Source: Bryobacteraceae bacterium
GTDB taxonomy: Bacteria; Acidobacteriota; Terriglobia; Bryobacterales; Bryobacteraceae
Direction of reading: 5' to 3'
DNA: 64,000 nucleotides
NCBI GenBank assembly: GCA_014860455.1
Contig: JACZJQ010000025.1
Coordinates: forward strand, 2,850 to 66,849
Within the stretch, counting starts at the first letter, position 1; every line of letters starts with the position of its first letter. This document shows, in pieces, positions 44,869 through 53,508 of the stretch. The translations under genes were made by a program, and so were the position numbers. The notes beneath the pieces are model-generated. The model was not told the DNA's origin. It searched no databases and was given only the letters and a program-made list of their open reading frames with translations.

Positions 44869-46188
44869 CTAGTCGTAGTACTCCAGGCCAAGGTGCGTGA
44901 TCAGATCCTCGCCGCGCATCCAGCGCAGAGTGTTTTTGAGCTTCATGAGTTGGATGAACAGATCGTGCTCGGGGTAGAGCCCGGGCGCGGTCATCGGGGC
45001 CTTGAAGTAGAAGCTCAGCCATTCCTGGATGCCCTTCATGCCGGCGCGCTGGGCCAGGTCCATGAAGATGACCAGATCCAGTACGATGGGGGCCGCCAGA
45101 ATGGAATCCCTGCATAGAAAGTCGATCTTGATCTGCATCGGATAGCCGAGCCATCCGAAGATGTCGATGTTGTCCCAGCCTTCCTTGGCGTCGCCGCGCG
45201 GCGGATAGTAGTTGATCCGCACGGCGTGATAGAGGTCCCTATACAACTCCGGGTAAAGGTCCGGCTGGAGAATGTGCTCCAGCACGGAAAGCTTGGTCTC
45301 TTCCTTCGACTTGAAGCTGCCGGGATCTTCCAGCACCTCGCCGTCGCGGTTGCCTAGGATGTTGGTGGAGAACCAGCCGCGGATGCCGAGCATGCGCGCC
45401 TTGAAGGCTGGCGCCAGCAGCGTCTTCATGAACGTCTGGCCCGTCTTGAAGTCCTTGCCGCAGATCGGCAGCGAGCGGTCACGCGATAGATCGAGCAGCG
45501 CCGGAATGTCGTGCGTCAGGTTGGGAGCGCCGTTGGCGAACGGCACGCCGGCCATCAGCGACGCGTAGGCGTAGATCTGGCTGGGTGCAATCTCCGGATC
45601 GCTCTTGGCCAAACCTTCCTCGAACGAGGCAAGCGTCTGATGCACCGCCGCCGGGCGGTGGAAGACTTCCGTCGAACCGCACCACACCATCACTGTCCGA
45701 TCGACATTGTTGGTCTTCTGGAAGTTCTTGATATCGTCGATGAGCGCCTGCGCCTTGTCCATCTTCGAGCCTTCCGTTTTCACGTTCGGCCCGTTGATGC
45801 GCTTGACATATTCCTGTTCAAAAACCGCCTTCATCGGCTTCAACGCCGACAGCGGCTCCTTCACCACATCCAGCAGGCTCTGCTCCAGAACCTTCGCGTT
45901 GAGGGCGGCTTCATAGGCCGTGTCCTCGTAGATATCCCAGCCGCCGAAGACCATATCATCGAGCTTGGCGAGCGGAACAAAATCCTTGACATACGGGGAC
46001 CGGCCTTCGGTGCGCTTGCCGAGGCGAATCGTCGCCATTTGGGTAAGAGACCCGATCGGCAGTCCCGCTCCGCGCTTCACCGCTTCAACGCCGGCGACGA
46101 ATGTTGTCGCCACGGCGCCCATGCCGGGCATCAAAACACCAAGTTTGCCCTCGGCAGGCGCGATTTTCACTGGGGGTTCAACGGACAA
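44869..46188 (-). CDS. myo-Inositol-1-phosphate (inositol-3-phosphate) synthase
   Basis: The N-terminus is KLGVLMPGMGAVATTFVAG. GKDFKTGQTFMKT and SKEETKLSVLE are present, and the length is 439 aa. The call is made from memory of the family pattern. Confidence 0.8.
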   Translation of the reverse strand: MSVEPPVKIAPAEGKLGVLMPGMGAVATTFVAGVEAVKRGAGLPIGSLTQMATIRLGKRTEGRSPYVKDFVPLAKLDDMVFGGWDIYEDTAYEAALNAKVLEQSLLDVVKEPLSALKPMKAVFEQEYVKRINGPNVKTEGSKMDKAQALIDDIKNFQKTNNVDRTVMVWCGSTEVFHRPAAVHQTLASFEEGLAKSDPEIAPSQIYAYASLMAGVPFANGAPNLTHDIPALLDLSRDRSLPICGKDFKTGQTFMKTLLAPAFKARMLGIRGWFSTNILGNRDGEVLEDPGSFKSKEETKLSVLEHILQPDLYPELYRDLYHAVRINYYPPRGDAKEGWDNIDIFGWLGYPMQIKIDFLCRDSILAAPIVLDLVIFMDLAQRAGMKGIQEWLSFYFKAPMTAPGLYPEHDLFIQLMKLKNTLRWMRGEDLITHLGLEYYD

Positions 46189-46259
46189 GGGGTTACTCCT
46201 TCTTTCGGGACCCGGCGCCTCCGTCTACGCGCAAGCCCAATTGTTATACTAACAGGCGC

Positions 46260-47027
46260 ATGAGTGGCCGCGCGATGCCGACCATCTCCACCATCCTTGC
46301 CGACGACGAACCGCTGGCCCTTGACGAACTGGCATACCTCCTGAAAGAGCATGTCGAGATAGAGATCGTGGCCACTGTTTCCGACGGCCTTGATGCCGTG
46401 GATAAGATCGAAAAACTCGAGCCGGATCTGGTCTTCCTCGACGTCCAGATGCCCGGCCTCGACGGCCTTGGCGTCATCAATCGCCTGCGCGAACACCAGG
46501 CCCCGCAACCCGCCTTCGTGCTCTGCACCGCCTATGAGCAATACGCGCTGGAAGCGTTCAAGGCCGAAGTCGTGGACTACCTGCTCAAGCCCGTCGACCG
46601 CGACCGCCTGGCGCTCACCATCGCCCGCCTGCGTCGCAGCTTCCTCGAACCCGAACCCGCCCCGGCGCCCATCCCGGCCGTGTCGTCAGCCCCGGCCAAA
46701 CTCATCGTCCGCAGCGGCGGCAGAAACTGGATTGTGGACGCCTCGGATATCGTCTACGCAACCATCGACGACGGCCTGATTACCGTCGTCGCCGCATCCG
46801 TTGAAGGCCAGTCGAACTACAAGACGATCGAGGAGTTGCAGTCGGCGCTCGATCCCGGCCTGTTCTGGCGCGTCCACAGAAGCTACCTGGTAAACGTGAA
46901 CCGCATCAAGGAAGTGGTGCCTTGGTTCAAGTCCAGCTATCAGTTGAGAATGGACGACAAACGCGGCAGCGAGATCCCCGTCAGCCGTGTCCAGACCAAG
47001 CGGCTGCGGGCGTTGTTCAAGCTATGA
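46260..47027 (+). CDS. LytR/AlgR-family response regulator (receiver + LytTR DNA-binding domain)
   Basis: The receiver has ILADDEPLALDEL and DLVFLDVQMPGLDG. The LytTR domain has FWRVHRSYLVNVNRIKEV. The start is at ATG 46260 or 46275. No histidine kinase is adjacent. Confidence 0.88.
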   Translation: MSGRAMPTISTILADDEPLALDELAYLLKEHVEIEIVATVSDGLDAVDKIEKLEPDLVFLDVQMPGLDGLGVINRLREHQAPQPAFVLCTAYEQYALEAFKAEVVDYLLKPVDRDRLALTIARLRRSFLEPEPAPAPIPAVSSAPAKLIVRSGGRNWIVDASDIVYATIDDGLITVVAASVEGQSNYKTIEELQSALDPGLFWRVHRSYLVNVNRIKEVVPWFKSSYQLRMDDKRGSEIPVSRVQTKRLRALFKL

Positions 47028-47028
47028 C

Positions 47029-47418
47029 TTAGCGCGTCCGGGCTGCCAGCTCGCGCGCCGAGTCACCGGCGGCTTCGATCTTCGCGTTGTGAGCGGCGAT
47101 CTCCTGCGCATCCGGCGTAACCAGAGTCTTATCCATGTCGGCCCAGGTGGCGATCATGTGGCAAACATGTGCCGCGCCAAGGCGCAGGCACCAGGCGTCG
47201 GTGAGCGGCCGGCTGCGCTCAGCGCACAACTTCAGCAGAACCGGGTGCGGCAGTGCGACAACCAGCTCACGGCGCTCATCGCCCGCGCTGATGTAGTACT
47301 TCAGATCGACTGTATCGGCGTGGCGGATCGAGATAGCGTTCTGCAGCCACCGGAATTCCACATCCCAAGTGCGGCCGAATGGATCCGAGGCCTGGAAGTT
47401 TCTCAGTTGCTCCCTCAT
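47029..47418 (-). CDS. Hypothetical protein, possibly the last gene of the folE operon
   Basis: 129 aa with no signal peptide or motif. It is on the same strand as folE and 38 nt downstream of it. Confidence 0.55.
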   Translation of the reverse strand: MREQLRNFQASDPFGRTWDVEFRWLQNAISIRHADTVDLKYYISAGDERRELVVALPHPVLLKLCAERSRPLTDAWCLRLGAAHVCHMIATWADMDKTLVTPDAQEIAAHNAKIEAAGDSARELAARTR

Positions 47419-47456
47419 TCAAAACCATCCTAACGCAAGCGCCGCGAACCGGGCTC

Positions 47457-48074
47457 TCAGGCGTAGAGTGAGTTCTGGCGGACTAGTGCGAGGAATTCGT
47501 CCCGAGTCTCCTTGCGCCGCCGCAGCACGCCCAGCATCGACGATGTGGTGGTGGCCGAATGCTGCTTTTCCACGCCACGCATCATCATGCAGAAGTGCCG
47601 CGCCTCGATGATCACGCCCACGCCTTGGGCGTCGAGCAGTTCCTGAAGGCACTCTGCAACCTGCTTCGTCAGCCGCTCCTGCACCTGCAACCGCCGCGCA
47701 AACATGTCCACGATGCGCGGGATCTTCGACAACCCGATGATTCGGTTGTTCGGAATGTAGGCGACATGCGCCTTGCCGTAGAAAGGCAGCAGGTGGTGCT
47801 CGCAGAGCGAGAAAAACTCGATGTCCTTCACGACAACCATTTCGTCGCAGCGCTCCTCAAAAATGGCGCCGTTGACGATGTCCTGCAAGTCGGCCTGGTA
47901 GCCCGAGGTCAGAAACTTGAGCGCCTTCTCGGCGCGCATGGGCGTGGCGAGAAGCCCTTCGCGGGAAGGGTCTTCGCCGAGTTCACGAAGGACATCCTCC
48001 ATGTGGGCGGCGATGATGCCGTCGCGGCCCTGTTTGTGGTTGTTGAGTTCCTCAACTGATTTCGAAGAGTTCAT
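47457..48074 (-). CDS. folE: GTP cyclohydrolase I
   Basis: The signature is [22 protein letters not shown], with the later HFCMMMRGV. Confidence 0.95.
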   Translation of the reverse strand: MNSSKSVEELNNHKQGRDGIIAAHMEDVLRELGEDPSREGLLATPMRAEKALKFLTSGYQADLQDIVNGAIFEERCDEMVVVKDIEFFSLCEHHLLPFYGKAHVAYIPNNRIIGLSKIPRIVDMFARRLQVQERLTKQVAECLQELLDAQGVGVIIEARHFCMMMRGVEKQHSATTTSSMLGVLRRRKETRDEFLALVRQNSLYA

Positions 48075-48559
48075 TTCGTTACCCGTTGCCGCTGCTCCGC
48101 CTCGACGGCCGGCGGCCGGACGGCGGGATCAGTTGCCCTGATTTGAAAGATGTTGTTTTTCGTCTCGTGGATGCGAATCTTGTCGAGCCTCGCCGCAGCG
48201 CCAGGCAGGAAATGAGGCCAGGCGTCAGCGATGCGTCGCGCCACCGCGGCGGCAAGATTTTCGGTAGTCGGAACCAGCGAGGCAAACTCGTCGATCTCCG
48301 CGTTCAAGTCGCGGCGGTCCATGGGTTCGAGCACGACCCGGCCGACCAGCGCGTCCAGCAGCGCCAGCGGGAACATCCGGCCCGTCACCGGATCCGGTTC
48401 GCCCTCGACCGTCACTTCCAGCAGATAGTCGTGGCCGTGCCCGTACGGGTTGTTGCACTTGCCATAGACGCGCCGGTTCTCATCTTCGCTCAATGCCGGC
48501 GAATGCAGCCGGTGCGACGACGAGAAGCGGTAACGCCGTGTGAGCTTGATCGCGGGCAT
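48071..48559 (-). CDS. 6-pyruvoyl-tetrahydropterin / 6-carboxytetrahydropterin synthase, Cys-type
   Basis: FSSSHRLH and [13 protein letters not shown] (catalytic Cys plus HGH zinc ligands) are present. It overlaps the folE start by 4 nt. Confidence 0.9.
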   Translation of the reverse strand: MPAIKLTRRYRFSSSHRLHSPALSEDENRRVYGKCNNPYGHGHDYLLEVTVEGEPDPVTGRMFPLALLDALVGRVVLEPMDRRDLNAEIDEFASLVPTTENLAAAVARRIADAWPHFLPGAAARLDKIRIHETKNNIFQIRATDPAVRPPAVEAEQRQRVTK

Positions 48560-48561
48560 CG

Positions 48562-48975
48562 TCAGCGCGGCCCTTCGTAATCGACATACAGATCTTCGCC
48601 TTCATGCAGGCGGATCGAATGCAGCCGCGCCGGCGTGGACGCGAAACGCGGTTCCAGACGCCGCCAGATCTCGATCGCCAGGTTCTCCGCAGTCGGCACC
48701 ACGCTGTCAAACGGCGCCACCTCGTGGTTCAAATTGCGGTGATCCATCGGCTGCACGATTTCTGCCTCGAGAATCGACTTCACTTCCTTCAGGTCGATGA
48801 TCATCCCGGTCACCGGATCGGCGTGTCCGTCGAGCGTCACTTCAAGAACGTAATTGTGCCCGTGGCCTCGCGGATTGGCCTCGTCGCCGTACACGGCAAC
48901 GTTTTCCGCATCAGTCAGTTGCGGGCTCGCACAGCGATGCGATGCCGAAAAATCAATCCTGCGGGTGATGAGCAT
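48562..48975 (-). CDS. PTPS paralogue with Glu in place of the catalytic Cys (PTPS-III-like)
   Basis: The start is at ATG 48975 (MLITRRIDFSASHRC). The active-site segment YGDEANPRGHGHNY aligns with [14 protein letters not shown] of its neighbour, so Glu sits where Cys is. Confidence 0.85.
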   Translation of the reverse strand: MLITRRIDFSASHRCASPQLTDAENVAVYGDEANPRGHGHNYVLEVTLDGHADPVTGMIIDLKEVKSILEAEIVQPMDHRNLNHEVAPFDSVVPTAENLAIEIWRRLEPRFASTPARLHSIRLHEGEDLYVDYEGPR

Positions 48976-49042
48976 TTTCGACGGGGCTTCCCCTCTGGTC
49001 GGATGCGCGGGGGCAATCTCTCGATACAATTATAAGTACCGC

Positions 49043-49564
49043 ATGAATACTGAGAAGACCGTCAAGGGATTGCAGATCGCCGCCGCCACCGTGCTCGCCG
49101 CGTTGGGATTTGTCGTGTTCGACAGCATCCGCGAGAGGATCGCCGAAGTCGGCGATCCCGCGCCCGCGTTTAAGGTCACCACGGCCAGCGGCAAAAGCGT
49201 CTCGCCGAAAGAATTCGGCGGCCGGTTGCTGGTGCTGAACTTCTGGGCCTCATGGTGCCCACCCTGCAAAGAAGAGACGCCGTCGATGAACCAGATGGCG
49301 CAGACGCTGGGCCCCAAGGGCCTGGTGGTGCTGGGCATCTCGGTGGACGAAAACCAGGCCGCCTATCAACGCTTCCTCGCCAACGAACGCGTCGCATTTG
49401 AAACCGCGCTCGACACAACATCCGAAATCAGCGCCAACTACGGGACATTCAAATACCCTGAAACCTACGTGATCGGGCGCGACGGCAAGGTGCTGCGCAA
49501 GTACATCGGGCCGCGCGACTGGTCGTCGCCTGAACTGCTGAAAGACCTCGAGTCGCTGCTCTAG
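49043..49564 (+). CDS. TlpA/ResA-like thiol:disulfide oxidoreductase (membrane-anchored thioredoxin fold)
   Basis: The start is at ATG 49043. The signal anchor is LQIAAATVLAALGFVVF. The active site is NFWASWCPPCKEE. Confidence 0.85.
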   Translation: MNTEKTVKGLQIAAATVLAALGFVVFDSIRERIAEVGDPAPAFKVTTASGKSVSPKEFGGRLLVLNFWASWCPPCKEETPSMNQMAQTLGPKGLVVLGISVDENQAAYQRFLANERVAFETALDTTSEISANYGTFKYPETYVIGRDGKVLRKYIGPRDWSSPELLKDLESLL

Positions 49565-49592
49565 TGAGCAGTCGACGGCAAGGAGGCCGGAG

Positions 49593-51026
49593 ATGATTCC
49601 ATCCGCGGCGCGCCAGCGCCTGGTGGACACCGTGGGGCCAAAAGGCTTCCTCGATAAGCCGGAGGATCTGCGCCTCTATGAATACGACGGCGGAGTGGAC
49701 AAGGCGAGGCCTGAACTGGTCCTGTTTCCGAAGTCGGCGCAGGAGGTCTCCTCCATCGTTCAGATCGCCGCGGCCAACAAAATCCCTTTGCTCGGACGCG
49801 GCGCCGGAACAGGCCTGAGCGGCGGAGCCGTGGCCACCAGCGGCGGACTTGTCGTCTCGTTCGCCCGCATGAAGCGCATCCTTGAAGTCGACTACGATAA
49901 CGAGCGCGCCGTGGTCGAACCCGGCGTCGTCAACCTCGACATCACCGCCGCGGTCCAGGGCGACGGTTACTTCTTCGCACCCGACCCCTCCAGCCAGCGT
50001 GCCTGTACCATCGGCGGAAACGTCGCCGAAAACGCCGGCGGGCCGCACACGCTCGCCTACGGCGTCACCGTGAATCACGTGCTCGGCCTGGAACTCGTCA
50101 TGCCCGACGGCCGCATCATCCAAACCGGCGCCGGTGGATTCGACTCGCCCGGCTACGACCTCCCCGGCCTGTTCACCGGCAGCGAAGGCACCCTCGGCCT
50201 GGTGACGAAAGTCACGGTCCGCCTCATGCGCAAGCCCGAAGCCGTCAAAACGCTGCTCGCCATCTACGACACCGAAGACGATTGCGGCCTGACGGTCTCT
50301 GAAATCACCGCCCGCGGCATCACCCCCGCCGCCCTCGAAATGCTCGACGGCACGCTCATGCGCATGGTCGAGGAGGCCACCCACGCCGGCTATCCGCTCG
50401 ACGCCGCCGGTGTCCTGCTCATCGAACTCGAAGGCCTCACCGAAGCCGTCGAGGAGCAAGCTGAGAAAATCAAGGCCGCCTGCCGCGCCTGCCGCGCCCG
50501 CGATGTCCGCGAAGCGAAAACCGCCGCCGAGCGCGACCTGCTCTGGAAAGGCCGCAAAAACGCTTTCGGGGCCGTCGGCCGCGTCAGCCCCTTTTATTAC
50601 GTCCACGACGGCGTCGTGCCGCGAACCCAGATCGCCCCCACCCTGCGCGAAATCGGGTCCATCAGCAAGCGCCGCGGTCTCACCATCTCCAACATCTTCC
50701 ACGCCGGCGACGGCAACCTCCATCCCCTCATCCTGTTCGACGCCCGCAAGCCCGGCGACATGCAAGCCGCCCAAAACGCCGGCTTCGACATCCTCGAACA
50801 CTGCATCAAGGTCGGAGGCTCCATCACCGGCGAACACGGCATCGGCGTCGAGAAACTCGCCCTCATGGACAAACAGTTCCGCCAGGAGGCGCTTGAAATG
50901 ATGAGAAAGATCAAACATATGTGCGACGCATCAGGGCTCATGAACCCCGGCAAACTGCTGCCGGCGCGCAAGGGTTGCGCCGAAATCACCCAGCCCCCCG
51001 TCCACAAGCCGGAGGACCTGATTTGA
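49593..51026 (+). CDS. FAD-linked oxidase, GlcD (glycolate oxidase subunit)-like
   Basis: The PCMH-type FAD-binding part has LLGRGAGTGLSGGAV. The C-terminal oxidase domain has GEHGIGVEK. Confidence 0.88.
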   Translation: MIPSAARQRLVDTVGPKGFLDKPEDLRLYEYDGGVDKARPELVLFPKSAQEVSSIVQIAAANKIPLLGRGAGTGLSGGAVATSGGLVVSFARMKRILEVDYDNERAVVEPGVVNLDITAAVQGDGYFFAPDPSSQRACTIGGNVAENAGGPHTLAYGVTVNHVLGLELVMPDGRIIQTGAGGFDSPGYDLPGLFTGSEGTLGLVTKVTVRLMRKPEAVKTLLAIYDTEDDCGLTVSEITARGITPAALEMLDGTLMRMVEEATHAGYPLDAAGVLLIELEGLTEAVEEQAEKIKAACRACRARDVREAKTAAERDLLWKGRKNAFGAVGRVSPFYYVHDGVVPRTQIAPTLREIGSISKRRGLTISNIFHAGDGNLHPLILFDARKPGDMQAAQNAGFDILEHCIKVGGSITGEHGIGVEKLALMDKQFRQEALEMMRKIKHMCDASGLMNPGKLLPARKGCAEITQPPVHKPEDLI

Positions 51027-51082
51027 ACCGCCGGGCCTTCCTGATGGCCGCATCGGCTGCGCCTCTGTTCGGGCGGGCGCGG

Positions 51083-51979
51083 ATGAAGCCCATCGAGAGA
51101 ATGAACCTGGCGCTCAAAGGCGGTACGCCCGACCGTGCACCGTTCAGCTTCTGGCACCACTTCGGTCTCGAAAAAAAGCCGCCCGAGTTCCACGCCAAAA
51201 AGACGCTCCACTTCCAGCTCATCTACCGCATGGACCTCGTCAAGGTGATGAGCGACTTCCCGTATCCGAAATCCGTGGGCGCCAACTGGTGGGAACTGAA
51301 GACCGTCGACAACCCCTTCCCCGCTCAAATCGAGGCCTTGAAACTCATCAGCAAAGGCGTCCAGGGCCAGAAGTATTTCGTTGAGACAATCTTCAACCCG
51401 TTTAACGTCGCCGAAAAACTCTCCTCGCCCGCCGAGGTCAAGCGCCTCATGAACGAGCATCCGCAGCAGTTGCTCGATGCGCTGGAGGCCATCGCCAAAT
51501 CACAAGCCGCGCACGCAAAACTGGCCCTCGACACCGGCGCAAAAGGCATCTTCCTCGCCATCGCCAACGCGCAGGAATCAGTCATGACGCGCGAACAGTA
51601 TGACAAGTTCAGCGCGCCGTTCGACAGGATGATCCTCGCCGCCGCCGCCGGCGCGCCTCTAAACACCCTCCACCTGCACGGCAAAGGCGTCTGGCTCGAC
51701 CGTTTCTGGACCGGTTGGGGCAACCCCATCATCAACTATTCAACGGTCGAAACCGGCATCCCGCTCGTTGAGGCCCGGCGGCAGTATTCCGGCGTGCTGA
51801 TGGGCGGGCTGGACGAAACCAAGGCCCGCACGGCCCGACTCGCGGACTATCAGAAAATGATCAAGGCCGCCAGGGCAGCGGGTCCCAAGTGGTTCTGCAC
51901 ACCCGGTTGCTCTGTGCCTGACAACACCAGCGACGCCAAACTCTTCCTCATCACCCGCGCCGCCGCCGCCGGCACGTAA
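51083..51979 (+). CDS. Uroporphyrinogen-decarboxylase (URO-D) family protein
   Basis: MKPIERMNLALKGGTPDRAPFSFW resembles a URO-D/MtaA-family N-terminus. The start is ambiguous: ATG 51083, ATG 51044, or TTG 51023, which would add a Tat-like NRRAFLMAASAAP. Confidence 0.65.
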   Translation: MKPIERMNLALKGGTPDRAPFSFWHHFGLEKKPPEFHAKKTLHFQLIYRMDLVKVMSDFPYPKSVGANWWELKTVDNPFPAQIEALKLISKGVQGQKYFVETIFNPFNVAEKLSSPAEVKRLMNEHPQQLLDALEAIAKSQAAHAKLALDTGAKGIFLAIANAQESVMTREQYDKFSAPFDRMILAAAAGAPLNTLHLHGKGVWLDRFWTGWGNPIINYSTVETGIPLVEARRQYSGVLMGGLDETKARTARLADYQKMIKAARAAGPKWFCTPGCSVPDNTSDAKLFLITRAAAAGT

Positions 51980-52183
51980 CCTGCATTTTTCACCACGCCG
52001 GAAGCGTGGCGCAGTGGGAAGTGTGCGGATACGAGGCGCGCGACCGAGGCGCGCGGAGGCGTACTTTAACAGTACGTCGAGCACGACGACCGAGCGCAAC
52101 AACGTAGACGCACGCTTACCACAAGCCACACTCGGTGCTGGTGAGAAATTCAGGTTACCCCCGGATCCCAGGACAAAAGAAGA

Positions 52184-52225
52184 CCCCGCCTGGAAGTGCG
52201 GGCAACCAGGCGGGGTTTTCTTGTT
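52184..52225. terminator. Bidirectional intrinsic terminator
   Basis: A 10-bp stem ccccgcctgg (52184-52193) / ccaggcgggg (52206-52215) is flanked by aaaagaaga on the left and ttttcttgttc on the right. It lies 30 nt past the tpiA stop. Confidence 0.65.
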
Positions 52226-52244
52226 CTCTCCCCTGAAGCGGGGA

Positions 52245-52997
52245 TTAGAAATTCACGACGCCGGCGAAGTCCTCTGCCTTGAGGCTCGCGCCGCCAACCA
52301 GCGCGCCGTCGATGTCCGGCTGCGCCATCAGACCCTTCACGTTGTCCGGCTTCACCGAACCGCCATAGAGAATCCGCACGGCGTCCGCGGCCGTCTTGCC
52401 AGACTTCGCTTCCACCAGCGAGCGGATCACCTTGTGTGCGTCTTCAGCGATCTCCGGCGTCGCCACCTTGCCCGTGCCGATCGCCCAAACCGGTTCATAG
52501 GCGATCACGATCTGGGCAAACTGCTCGGCCGTTAGCGGAGCCATGCCGCCGTCGAACTGCGTCTTCAGCACGTCGTTGGTCCGGCCAGACTCGCGCTCTT
52601 CCAGCAGCTCGCCGACGCAGACGATGGGCCTCAATCCGGCTTCAATCGCCGCCACTGTCTTCTTGCAAACCGACTCGTCGGTCTCGCCGAAAAACTGGCG
52701 GCGCTCGCTGTGGCCGATGATCACCCATTCGCAGCCGGCGGCTTTCAACATCGCCGGGCTCACCTCGCCCGTGAAGGCGCCTTCCTTGTTGGTCCAGTAG
52801 CAGTCCTGTCCGCCTACGCCGACATTGCTGCCCGCGGCGGCGTCAACGGCCGCGGCGATAGCCACAAACGGCGGGCAGATAGCCACTTCGGCATGGGCCG
52901 AGGCTGCCACCAGAGGAATGAATTTCTCGAAAAAAGCTTTCGTGTCGGCCGGCGTCTTGTACATTTTCCAATTGCCGGCCAGCAGGGGTTTTCGCAT
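52245..52997 (-). CDS. tpiA: Triosephosphate isomerase
   Basis: MRKPLLAGNWKMYKT, IIGHSERR, AYEPVWAIGTG and YGGSVKPDN are all present. Confidence 0.95.
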   Translation of the reverse strand: MRKPLLAGNWKMYKTPADTKAFFEKFIPLVAASAHAEVAICPPFVAIAAAVDAAAGSNVGVGGQDCYWTNKEGAFTGEVSPAMLKAAGCEWVIIGHSERRQFFGETDESVCKKTVAAIEAGLRPIVCVGELLEERESGRTNDVLKTQFDGGMAPLTAEQFAQIVIAYEPVWAIGTGKVATPEIAEDAHKVIRSLVEAKSGKTAADAVRILYGGSVKPDNVKGLMAQPDIDGALVGGASLKAEDFAGVVNF

Positions 52998-53050
52998 ACG
53001 TCAATCTTAACTCATAGCGGACCGTCCGGTCCGAATCGGCTCGGTTCAAC

Positions 53051-53482
53051 CTAGACCGGCTGGTTCGCGCAATGCTCCGCGAACGCCGACCTCAGCGTCT
53101 CGGCAATCTCCGGCGCCGTGCTCGACTCAATCTGAAACCGGTGCAGCGCCCATACCAGCTTGCCGCCGCGGTACAGCGCCATCGACGGCGACGACGGCGG
53201 AATCCCCTGCAAATGGCGCTCGCGCAGGTGCGCCACGGCTTCCACGTCGCCGCCCGCAAACACCGTCGCCGCAACCTCCGGCCGCACTTCGCTTTCCATC
53301 GCCATCACCACCGCCGGCCGCGCCTTGCCCGCCGCACAGCCGCAAACCGAATTGGTCACCATCAACACCGTCTGGTGCGACCCGATCACCCGGTCCACGT
53401 CTTCTGGTGTCCGCGTCTCCACCACGCCATGACGCGTCAAATCCTCACGCATCGGCGTGATCAACACTTCTGAATAAGCCAT
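53051..53482 (-). CDS. BrxA/BrxB (YphP/YqiW, DUF1094) bacilliredoxin-family protein
   Basis: The family active-site segment is VTNSVCGCAAGKARP. The length of 143 aa is typical. Confidence 0.85.
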   Translation of the reverse strand: MAYSEVLITPMREDLTRHGVVETRTPEDVDRVIGSHQTVLMVTNSVCGCAAGKARPAVVMAMESEVRPEVAATVFAGGDVEAVAHLRERHLQGIPPSSPSMALYRGGKLVWALHRFQIESSTAPEIAETLRSAFAEHCANQPV

Positions 53483-53508
53483 GCACCCATTTTCGCATGA
53501 ATCTATAC

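Noticed and set aside
43879-45117. 412-aa plus-strand ORF spanning the epimerase and the end of the MIPS gene
   Set aside because: It is antisense to two genes with Rossmann and family motifs and crosses their intergenic gap.
49449-50918. 489-aa minus-strand ORF opposite the GlcD-like gene
   Set aside because: It is antisense. The plus frame carries the FAD-binding motif.
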